Both the position numbers and the translations under genes were made by a program. A stretch of DNA of 64,000 nucleotides, from contig CAWGVY010000004.1 in assembly GCA_963826185.1 (NCBI GenBank), positions 283,487 to 347,486 of the forward strand, written 5' to 3'. Shown here in pieces: positions 54,289 to 62,779 of this stretch. Within the stretch, counting starts at the first letter, position 1. The number at the start of each line of letters is the position of its first letter. This DNA is from an uncultured Actinomycetes bacterium. GTDB taxonomy: Bacteria > Actinomycetota > UBA4738 > HRBIN12. The notes beneath the pieces were generated by a model. The model was not told the origin of the DNA, did no database searches, and was given only the letters and a program-made list of their open reading frames with translations.

Positions 54289-55275
54289 ATGACGATGCGA
54301 GATACGCACCGTTCTCACCAACCCGGTTCTCGCCGGGTCGCCCTCGGACTCATCTCAGCCCTCCTCGCGTGCGCCCTCCTGGCCGGTAGCGCCGGCCAAG
54401 CGGGCGCCCGCGCGCGGGTCCCGAAGAAGGGCGCATGGTTCGGCGCCTACGTCCAGGCCACAGGCGGTCATGACCAGTACCACAGCATCCTGTCGTTCGA
54501 GCGAGAGATCGGCCGGCGGCTCCGTGTCGTGAACAAGTACCACGGGTTCAGCGACCACAACTACGGCGTGGAGTCACAGCTCGTGCACACGGGGCGGATC
54601 CCCATGATCTCCTGGCGGGCCACGGACTCCGGCACCGACGGGAGCCGTGCATCGAAGATCGCCGGCGGCCAGTACGACAGCCTGATCCGGACCACAGCGC
54701 TCGCCATGAAGGCGTTGAAGGGACGGGTCCTGCTGCGCTTCAACTGGGAGATGGACCAAGATCCCGGTCAACGGCAATACATCGGCTCCCCGTCGGAGTT
54801 CATCCGCGCGTGGCGCCATGTGCACCACATCTTCCGCTCGGTCGGAGCGCACAACGTCCAGTTCGTGTGGGCTCCCCGCGCGGGCAGCTTCAAGAGCGGC
54901 GACGGTCAGTCCTTCTGGCCGGGCGCGCGCTACGTGGACTGGATCGGCGGCTCCGCGGTTCCCACCGGGAACTGGGCCTCGTTCCACGACATCTTCTCCG
55001 ACTACTACGCATGGGCATCCGGTAAGCACAAGCCGCTCCTGGTCTGGGCAGGGATCATGGAGCACCCCGGGCAGTCCGCGTGGAAGGCCAACTGGATCTC
55101 GGGCGCGAGCAAGGTGATCCGCTCCGCGATGCCGCGGGTGAAGGCGTTCGTCTATTACCACGCCCTCTCCCCGCTGGGGCATCGGTACTACGTGGACACC
55201 TCGCCGCAGGCGCTCCGCGCCTACAAAGCGATGGCGCATCAGAACTGGTTCCAGCCGAAACGGCTCAAGCACTAG
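54289..55275 (+). CDS. secreted GH26-like glycoside hydrolase
   Basis: AAGGAGG 8 nt before ATG 54289; signal peptide; conserved WEMD and FVWAP segments reminiscent of family-26 mannanases. Confidence 0.5.
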   Translation: MTMRDTHRSHQPGSRRVALGLISALLACALLAGSAGQAGARARVPKKGAWFGAYVQATGGHDQYHSILSFEREIGRRLRVVNKYHGFSDHNYGVESQLVHTGRIPMISWRATDSGTDGSRASKIAGGQYDSLIRTTALAMKALKGRVLLRFNWEMDQDPGQRQYIGSPSEFIRAWRHVHHIFRSVGAHNVQFVWAPRAGSFKSGDGQSFWPGARYVDWIGGSAVPTGNWASFHDIFSDYYAWASGKHKPLLVWAGIMEHPGQSAWKANWISGASKVIRSAMPRVKAFVYYHALSPLGHRYYVDTSPQALRAYKAMAHQNWFQPKRLKH

Positions 55276-55430
55276 CTGGGTCGGGAAGCGACGAGACAGG
55301 CCGAGCGGCCCGCCGGGGGTGGTCCCCACCACCGGCGGGCCGTCGGCTTGTGGAGACCTCGTCATGGACCCCACGTGGGGAAACCCATCTGGTATACAGG
55401 GACCCTCACAGAACGGAGAGCACCCCCTCC

Positions 55431-57011
55431 TTGGATATCGATCAACAGCCGCAGCCCCCCCAGCTCAGGGACTACGTCGCGATCATCCGTGGGCGCAAGC
55501 GCCTTATCGCGTTGATCACGCTCGGATTCCTGCTCCTTGCCGCTGCCTATCTGTACCTTCAGAACCCGAGCTACGCGTCCACGGCAGCGGTTCAGGTCGT
55601 GGCCATCGTGACGGACCCGATCAACAACACGGTGGGCACGGTCGACATGAAGACCGAGGCCCTGGTTGGAGCCTCCGACAAGGTCGCCGGTCAAGCCCTG
55701 CAGGAGCTTGCCCCCTCCGACCTCGATCAAGCCACGCTCCTCGACCACGTATCCGTGGGGGTTCCGACCGACAGCCAGATCTTGGAATTCACCTATGCGG
55801 CGGGCGACAAGGCCACCGCGCAGGAGGGCGCGAACGCGTTCGCTAACGGCTACCTCGTGTACCGGGACGGCGTGGCGAAGGAGCAGGCGCAGCGGAAGAT
55901 CGACGCGCTGCAGGCCCAGATCGACGGGACGGGGTCGAAGGACGGCTACCAGGATCTCCTGGCAGCTGCATATGAGGCCATCCGGACCACGTCCCAGGGC
56001 TCCTCCGAATATCAGCAAGCGCAGCTCGACAAGAGCACCTACGAGAACCTGATCGGGCAGACGCGATCCCAGATCCAGGCGCTGGGTGGCATCCAGGATC
56101 AGAGTCAGCTGATCCAGCCCGCGAGTCCGGCTCAGCCTGCCGGCGCGTCCCGGGTCATGATCATGTTGGCGGCGCTCCTGCTGGGGCTGTTCACCGGGAT
56201 CGTGGTGGCCTTCCTGCTGGACGGTCTCTCGGGCCGGGTGCGCAAGACCGAGGAGATCGAGCGAGACCTGGGGACGACCATCCTGGGCACCGTTCCCGTG
56301 ATGAAGGACCCGTCGGGGCTGGTGACACGCGACGCGCCGAGCGACCCGGGGGCCGAGGCCTTCCGCGTGCTGCGCTCGGCCTTGCTGTACCGCGCGCAGG
56401 AAGACATGCGCGTGATCATGGTGACCAGCGCGGGCATCGGCGACGGCAAGAGCACCACGGCCGCGAACCTGGCGGCCAGCCTAGCGCAGTCCGATAAGCG
56501 AGTGCTCCTGGTGGCTGCCGACCTGCGCCGTCCCAGCCTGCAGAACTACTTCGACGCCGATTCCGACAAGGGCCTCGCCCAGGCCCTGTCGAACGGGGGA
56601 CGGCCCACGATCGTCACCACGGACGTCAGCAACCTGATGCTGCTCCCCAGTGGCGAGCCGGTGGAGGCCTCAGCGCACCTGTTCGAGACCGAGGCCTTCC
56701 CGGCCGTGATGCGGAGCGCCCGGCAGCAGGTCGACTACGTGATCGTGGACGCTCCACCCCTGGCCATCTCGGACCCCTTCATGATCGCGCCGTCCGTGGA
56801 CGGGCTCATCCTGGTCGTCGACGCCGGGACGGCGACGCGGGCGACCTTGCAGCGCACCCGCAGCCTGCTCGAGCGTGTGGGCCTGCCCCCGATCGGCGCC
56901 GTGTTGAACCGCCAGAAGGAGGTCCCCGGCGCGTACAAGTACAAGTACGGGGATGACTACCGCTACCAGACCAAGGGCTCGGCCAAGAAGAGCAAGAAGC
57001 GAGGCCGCTGA
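55431..57011 (+). CDS. polysaccharide co-polymerase (Wzz-like) fused to BY-kinase (tyrosine autokinase) with C-terminal Tyr cluster
   Basis: Two TMs flanking coiled-coil periplasmic region; Walker A SAGIGDGKST, Walker B DYVIVDAPP; C-terminal YKYKYGDDYRY; start uncertain (TTG 55431; the track ORF opens at 55080 but overlaps the GH26 gene). Confidence 0.8.
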   Translation: MDIDQQPQPPQLRDYVAIIRGRKRLIALITLGFLLLAAAYLYLQNPSYASTAAVQVVAIVTDPINNTVGTVDMKTEALVGASDKVAGQALQELAPSDLDQATLLDHVSVGVPTDSQILEFTYAAGDKATAQEGANAFANGYLVYRDGVAKEQAQRKIDALQAQIDGTGSKDGYQDLLAAAYEAIRTTSQGSSEYQQAQLDKSTYENLIGQTRSQIQALGGIQDQSQLIQPASPAQPAGASRVMIMLAALLLGLFTGIVVAFLLDGLSGRVRKTEEIERDLGTTILGTVPVMKDPSGLVTRDAPSDPGAEAFRVLRSALLYRAQEDMRVIMVTSAGIGDGKSTTAANLAASLAQSDKRVLLVAADLRRPSLQNYFDADSDKGLAQALSNGGRPTIVTTDVSNLMLLPSGEPVEASAHLFETEAFPAVMRSARQQVDYVIVDAPPLAISDPFMIAPSVDGLILVVDAGTATRATLQRTRSLLERVGLPPIGAVLNRQKEVPGAYKYKYGDDYRYQTKGSAKKSKKRGR

Positions 57012-57020
57012 CCGCGGCCT

Positions 57021-57806
57021 TCAGAACAGGGCGCTCGCCAGCTTCCGACGGAACTCCGGCACCAGGGGATCGTCATCGCCCAGGGCCGCGAAGGCATCCA
57101 CCATGGCGCCTCGAGCGGCATCGCCATCCTCGGGAAGGGTGGCCAGCATCCCCTCGAGCGCCTCGCGCCAGCGCCCGGCCACTGCCAGGGCTTTCGCCTC
57201 GCCCAGGGCGCCGTCTGGCGATGCGCTCGCCCACTCTCGGACGCGCGCGATCGATAGCACGCGCTCGGCATCCGGGTCCGGCAGCAGGGGGTTCACCAGG
57301 GCACGAGCCTCCTCCAGCTCGCCCCTGTCCACCAGGATCCGAGCCAGACCCACCGCCGCATCGCGGTTCTGAGCGTCCTTCGCGAGAGCCTCGCGGTACC
57401 CCTCCTCCGCGCCTTCCAGATCACCCGCAGCTTCCTCCGCGTGCGCCTCCTCGGCCACGACCTCAGCCTCGGTGGGAAGTAGGGTGTCGACGAACTGGTT
57501 CACGACGTCCTCGGGGTAGGCCCCAACGAACCCATCCACCGGCTTGCCGTCGCGGAACGCGATCACGGTCGGGATGCTCTGCACGCCAAACGCTCCGTGG
57601 ATCATCGGGTTCGCGTCCACATCTACCTTGGCCACCAGCACGGCCCCGTCGCGTTCGCCCGCGACCTTCTCCAGGATCGGGCCGAGGGTCTTGCATGGCC
57701 CGCACCACGACGCCCACAGGTCGACCAGCACCGGTCGTTGCTTAGAACCCTCCACGACCACTTGTTCGAAGGTCGCGTCGGTGACATCGATGACGTTGGG
57801 CCCCAC
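57021..57806 (-). CDS. thioredoxin-domain protein with C-terminal TPR region (YbbN/CnoX-like)
   Basis: WASWCGPCK active site; GTG 57806 with AGGAGA RBS 6 nt upstream. Confidence 0.75.
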   Translation of the reverse strand: MGPNVIDVTDATFEQVVVEGSKQRPVLVDLWASWCGPCKTLGPILEKVAGERDGAVLVAKVDVDANPMIHGAFGVQSIPTVIAFRDGKPVDGFVGAYPEDVVNQFVDTLLPTEAEVVAEEAHAEEAAGDLEGAEEGYREALAKDAQNRDAAVGLARILVDRGELEEARALVNPLLPDPDAERVLSIARVREWASASPDGALGEAKALAVAGRWREALEGMLATLPEDGDAARGAMVDAFAALGDDDPLVPEFRRKLASALF

Positions 57807-57843
57807 GGGTTGTCTCCTGATCAGATCCGAAGCCTTCAGGGTC

Positions 57844-60050
57844 TCACACGGCCGGCTCCGTGGCCGTTCCTGGAACAACCGTCGCGTCAGCCAGGGTGTT
57901 CCCGCCACCACCCGGCCGGCGATACCTCCGCAGCCTGAGCGCGTTCAGCACGACGGTGACGCTTGAGGCGGCCATCGCGCCGGCCGCCCACATCGGGTCG
58001 AGGATCCCGAACACGGCCAGCGGGATCATCACCACGTTGTAAGCGAACGCCCAGAACAGGTTCTCGGTGATCACGCGATACGTCTTGCCCGCCAGCTCCA
58101 GAGCGTCGGCGACCGAGGCCAGCGACCCACCCAACAGATCGACGTCGGCGGCGGCCAGAGCCACATCGGTCCCGGTGCCCATCGCGATCCCCACGTCCGC
58201 CCGCGCCAGCGCCGGCGCGTCGTTGATGCCGTCGCCCAGGAAGATCACGTGGCGGCCGGACCGCTGGAGACGCTCCACCTCTGCCACCTTGCCCTCGGGG
58301 TAGACCTCCGCCAGCACCTCGCCGATCCCGGCACGGCGGGCGATCGCCTCCGCCGTGGTTCGACGGTCGCCCGTGACCATCATCGCTTCCAGGCCCAGGC
58401 CACGAATGCGCACGATCGCCTCGGCCGCGTCCTGCTTGAGGAGATCCGAGACGCTTACGAGGCCGAGTGCGACCCCACCTCGCCAGACGGCGAAGGGGGT
58501 CAGCCCGCTCGCCGCCAGGCGCTCCGCCTCCTCCACCAGGAGCCGAGGGAGACCTTCGGGACGGCCCACCCTGACCTCGTCGCCTTCCACGACGGCCGTC
58601 GCTCCCGCGCCCGGCTCGATCGCATGATCGCTCCCGTCGGGGACCACGACCCCGCGACCCCGCGCTCCTGCCACGACCGCTCTAGCGATCGGGTGTTCCG
58701 AACCCAGCTCGGCCGCGGCGGCCAGGCCCAGGACCTCCGAGGGGACCATCCCCTCCGCGGCCACCACCTCTGCCAGCGCCATGGTTCCCTCGGTCACCGT
58801 TCCGGTCTTGTCCAGCAGGATCGCGTCGGCCTCGTGGGCCCGTTCGAACACTTCACCGCCTTTGAACAGGACACCGATCTCGGCCGCACGGCCGGTGCCG
58901 GCCATGATGGCGACCGGTGTCGCGAGTCCGAGCGCGCAGGGACAGGCGATGATCAGCACAGCCACGGCGTGCAGCAGCGCTGTGCCGACAGGGGTTCCCG
59001 CGATGAGCCAACCGACGAAGGTGAGCGCCGACACGACCATGACCGCGGGGACGAAGATGGCCGAGATGCGGTCCGCCAGCCGCTGGATCGGCGCCTTCGA
59101 ACCCTGAGCCTGCTGAAGCAGCCTGACGATCGCCGACAGCATCGTGTTCGCGCCGACCTTCGTAACGAACACCACGAGCCTGGCGTGACCGTTGATGGAG
59201 GCGCCCACCACATCGTCTCCCGGTCCCACATCCACCGGCACCGATTCGCCCGTCAGAAGCGAAAGGTCGACCCAGGAGGACCCCTCCCGGACCACGCCGT
59301 CCGCGGGGATCTTCTCGCCCGGACGGACCACGACGAGCGAGCCCACCAACAGCTGGTCGATCGGGACCGGCTGCTCGCGGCCGTCCACGAGGAGGGTCGC
59401 CTCCTGGCACCCCGTTCGAGCAAGGCCCTCGCCGCGTCGTTGGCGCCCGCGCGTGCGCGCGCCTCCAGGACCTTGCCCACCAGGATCAACGTGATGATCA
59501 CCGCCGCCGTGTCGAAGTACAGCTCCTCGGAGCCCGCCACGACCTCGACGGCGCTGTACACGTAGGCCGCGGCCGATCCGAGAGCGATCAGGGTGTCCAT
59601 CGTCGTGGCGCCGTGTCGAGCGGAGCGTAGAGCTGATCCGAAGAACGGCCAGCCCGCCCAGAACACCACCGGGGTGCTGAGGGCCCAGACCACGTACCCG
59701 ACTCCCGGGATGTCGGGCGTGGCGAAGGTCAGGATCAGGATCGGGATCGTGAGCGCCGCCGCAACCCAGAGCCTCCTCAGGTATCCCCTGGCTTCGGCGC
59801 CGGGTTCGATGGCATCCGAGTGCTCGTGCGCCCCGTAGCCGGCGCTCCGCACGGCTTCGACCAGCGGCGGCAGCTCAGGATCTGCGGTGAGGACGGTCGC
59901 CGTGCGGGTGGCGAGGTTGACCCCGGCTTCGTGAACCCCGCTCACCCGTCCCAAGGCCTTCTCGACCTTGGTCACGCAGGACGCGCAGGTCATCCCCTCG
60001 ATGTCGAGGACGATCTCCTGCTCCCTGGGTAGCTCACTCGAGTCGGTCAC
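57844..60050 (-). pseudogene. copA: copper-translocating P1B-type ATPase CopA, single-nucleotide frame shift near 59400
   Basis: N-terminal HMA GMTCASCV, CPC motif, [15 protein letters not shown]; reading frame switches after ...LLERGA (expected ..[14 protein letters not shown]); GTG 60050 overlaps csoR stop. Confidence 0.9.
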
Positions 60051-60322
60051 CGGCCAGCGAACCTCCCCACGGCGGCCATGAGCTCCTCGACCTTGTCGTC
60101 GCCGGCCCCGGCCTCGATGCTGTCCCGCACGCAGTGGCGCACATGGTCGTCCAACAGACCCAGACCCACCGCTTTGAGGGCGGCCTGCACCGAGCTCACC
60201 TGCGTGAGGATGTCGATGCAGTACTTGTCGTCCTCGACCATCCGCTGGAGCCCGCGGACCTGGCCCTCGATCCGGCGCAACCGATCCTGCAGGTCCTTCT
60301 TGTTCATCGCGTAGCCGTACAT
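60047..60322 (-). CDS. csoR: CsoR-family copper-sensing transcriptional repressor
   Basis: DUF156 fold with Cys...His...Cys ligands (YCIDIL ... HCV). Confidence 0.8.
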   Translation of the reverse strand: MYGYAMNKKDLQDRLRRIEGQVRGLQRMVEDDKYCIDILTQVSSVQAALKAVGLGLLDDHVRHCVRDSIEAGAGDDKVEELMAAVGRFAGR

Positions 60323-60379
60323 CCGAACCTCCCGATCCTCGCTCCGTCGAGCCGCACTCCTCCATACCCCCTCGGGGTG

Positions 60380-60544
60380 TCACATCTGACGTTCGGACGG
60401 ATCCATCGTCAGGAACCGGGCCGGGTCCGCTCGGAACCGCTCCATGCATCCGGTCGAACAGAAGTAGTAGACCGTTCCATCCACTTCCCACGCTGTGGCG
60501 GCCGTCTCCGGCTCCACCGTCATGCCGCACACCGGGTCCGTCAT
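60380..60544 (-). CDS. YHS/TRASH-domain metal-binding protein
   Basis: CGMTVE...YYFCSTGC motif; ATG 60544 with GGGGAGGA RBS. Confidence 0.6.
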   Translation of the reverse strand: MTDPVCGMTVEPETAATAWEVDGTVYYFCSTGCMERFRADPARFLTMDPSERQM

Positions 60545-60594
60545 CCCGTCCTCCCCTGTGCCCCCGTGAGATGCGTGGGGCCGCTTCCTGAAGC

Positions 60595-60611
60595 ATACCA
60601 TAGGGGGGTAT
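60595..60611. promoter_or_regulatory. putative CsoR operator ATACCATAGGGGGGTAT
   Basis: Inverted repeat ATACC-N7-GGTAT around G-tract, very similar to known CsoR boxes (TACCC-N-GGGGTA), ~50 nt upstream of YHS-csoR-copA operon start. Confidence 0.5.
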
Positions 60612-60703
60612 CCTCATTGGAGGTCCGACGAGGTCCTGCGGGAGCGGTGCGGAGGAGGTCGGATGCTAGACTCGCTTCCACAGGTGCGAGGAGGCGCGAC
60701 GAC

Positions 60704-61723
60704 GTGGCCATGCGGGTAGCGGCGGCCGAACACGGCGCCCTGGGCCTCACCCCCGACGACCTCCTCGAGATGTATCGCACGATGATCACGGCGCGGCTGC
60801 TCGACGAAGCGGCGCTGCGACAGAACCGGATGGGCCGAGCTCCGTTCGTGGTGCCCGCCGAGGGTCACGAAGCGTGTCAGGTGGGGACCGCGTGGCCGAT
60901 GCGCCGCGGCCATGACGTGTGGCTCCCCTACTACCGCGACGTGGCCGTGGTGTTGACGGCGGGCATGACCCCTCGAGAGGTCTTCCTGGGGGTCTTCGCG
61001 AAGGCCGATGATCCATCCTCGGGTGGGCGTCAGATGCCTTCGCACTGGGGTCATCGAGCGCTGAACATCATCAGCGGCTCATCGCCGATCGCCACACAGG
61101 TCCCCCATGCCGCAGGGATCGCCTACGCGGCTCGGTATCGAGGCGAGGACACCGTCGTCGGCTGCTGGTTCGGGGATGGGGCCACCAGCGAAGGCGACTG
61201 GCACGAGGGTCTCAACTTCGCCGGGATCCACCGCCTGCCGGTCGTGTTCATCTGCGAGAACAACCACTACGCGATCAGCGTTCCGCAGTCCAAGCAGATG
61301 GCCGTCGAGAACGTGGCGGATCGCGCCGAGAACTACGGGTTCCCAGGCGTCGTGGTCGACGGCAACGATGTCCTATCGTGCTTCGCCGCGATGCAGTTGG
61401 CGCACGAGCGAGCCAGGACCGGCGGCGGGCCCACCTTGATCGAATGCAAGACCTACCGGTTCCTGGGCCACACATCCGACGACGACGACAAGACCTACCG
61501 CTCCCGGGATGAGGTCGACGAGGCCCGCCACCACGACCCGATCCAGCTCTTCGGCGAGTACCTCCGGACGAACGAGATCTTGGATGACGTGGGAGCGGAG
61601 GCGCTTCGCACAGAGATCAAGGGCGAGATCGACGAGGCCATCGCCTCCGCCTGGGAAGCGGCTGACCCCATGCCCAGCTCCGCCCTGCGTCACGTCTTCG
61701 CCGAACCCACGGACCTCCTATGA
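60704..61723 (+). CDS. pdhA: pyruvate/acetoin-type dehydrogenase E1 alpha subunit (second copy)
   Basis: TPP motif GDGATSEGDWHEGLNFAGIHRLPVVFICENNHYA; GTG 60704 (GAGGAGG 9 nt upstream) or ATG 60710. Confidence 0.85.
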   Translation: MAMRVAAAEHGALGLTPDDLLEMYRTMITARLLDEAALRQNRMGRAPFVVPAEGHEACQVGTAWPMRRGHDVWLPYYRDVAVVLTAGMTPREVFLGVFAKADDPSSGGRQMPSHWGHRALNIISGSSPIATQVPHAAGIAYAARYRGEDTVVGCWFGDGATSEGDWHEGLNFAGIHRLPVVFICENNHYAISVPQSKQMAVENVADRAENYGFPGVVVDGNDVLSCFAAMQLAHERARTGGGPTLIECKTYRFLGHTSDDDDKTYRSRDEVDEARHHDPIQLFGEYLRTNEILDDVGAEALRTEIKGEIDEAIASAWEAADPMPSSALRHVFAEPTDLL

Positions 61724-62709
61724 CCGAGAAGAACGTCGTCACGGCGATCCGCGACGCGTTGCACGACGAGATGGCCGCGGACGATCGCGTGGTCCTGCTG
61801 GGAGAGGACGTCGGCAACCGCGGTGGCGTGTTCCGGATCTCCGTGGGATGGATGGAGGAGTTCGGCGAGGCGAGGGTGATCGACACGCCACTGGCCGAGT
61901 CCGCCATCGTCGGTCTCGCCATCGGCATGTCGATGCATGGGCTGCTGCCGGTTGCGGAGATCCAGTTCGCCGACTTCATCCATCCCGCGTTCGATCAGAT
62001 CGTGTCGGAGGCCGCGCGCATGCGATACCGGTCGAACGGTGCGTTCGGCTGTCCGATCGTGATCCGCGCCCCGTGGGGCGGCGGGATCCACGGAGCCCTG
62101 TACCACTCCCAATCGATCGAAGCCTTCTATGCCCACGTCCCGGGCCTCAAGGTGGTCGCCCCGTCCACGCCCGCGGATGCGGCAGGGTTGCTCCGGAGCG
62201 CGCTTCGGGATCCCGACCCCGTGCTCTTCCTCGAGCACAAGAAGACCTACCGGGCGGTCACGGGCGAGGTCCCCGACGACGCGTACCTGACGCCCATCGG
62301 CGTTGCCGACGTGAAGCGGGAGGGGACGGACCTCACCTGCGTGAGCTACGGGCACGCCCTGCACACGTGCCTCGACGCCGCGGCTCGCCTTCACGAGGAC
62401 GAGGGGGTCTCGGCCGAGGTGGTGGATGTCCGCACGATCTCCCCGCTGGACGTCGACTCGATCCTGAACTCGGTGCGGAAGACGGCTCGCGCGATGGTCG
62501 TCTATGAAGACAACCGGAGCTACGGCGCGGGGGCGGAGATCATCTCGACGATCGCCGAGCGGGCGATGTTCGACCTGGACGCCCCCCTGGTGCGCATCGG
62601 CGGTCCCGATATCCCGGCCATGCCGTTCGCCGCGCCCCTCGAGCACTTCTACATGGAGCCGGAGCCGGATCAGGTCTACCGGCGGATGCGGGAGCTGGCC
62701 AGGTTCTGA
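61720..62709 (+). CDS. pdhB: E1 beta subunit (second copy)
   Basis: Transketolase-like beta subunit, start overlaps pdhA stop. Confidence 0.9.
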   Translation: MTEKNVVTAIRDALHDEMAADDRVVLLGEDVGNRGGVFRISVGWMEEFGEARVIDTPLAESAIVGLAIGMSMHGLLPVAEIQFADFIHPAFDQIVSEAARMRYRSNGAFGCPIVIRAPWGGGIHGALYHSQSIEAFYAHVPGLKVVAPSTPADAAGLLRSALRDPDPVLFLEHKKTYRAVTGEVPDDAYLTPIGVADVKREGTDLTCVSYGHALHTCLDAAARLHEDEGVSAEVVDVRTISPLDVDSILNSVRKTARAMVVYEDNRSYGAGAEIISTIAERAMFDLDAPLVRIGGPDIPAMPFAAPLEHFYMEPEPDQVYRRMRELARF

Positions 62710-62779
62710 GGCCAGGATAGAGCGGCGCCTCTCCAGGTTCAGGGTGAAGCAACCCGCGTCGATATCTCGAACGAAGCCT

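Noticed and set aside
55319-55846. Alternative ATG (55363, MDPTWG..) as start of the Wzz/BY-kinase gene
   Set aside because: Different frame from the conserved Wzz sequence and the product becomes low-complexity. Using it would require another frame shift at a C5 run near 55422-55426. Cannot be excluded, but TTG 55431 in the correct frame is simpler.
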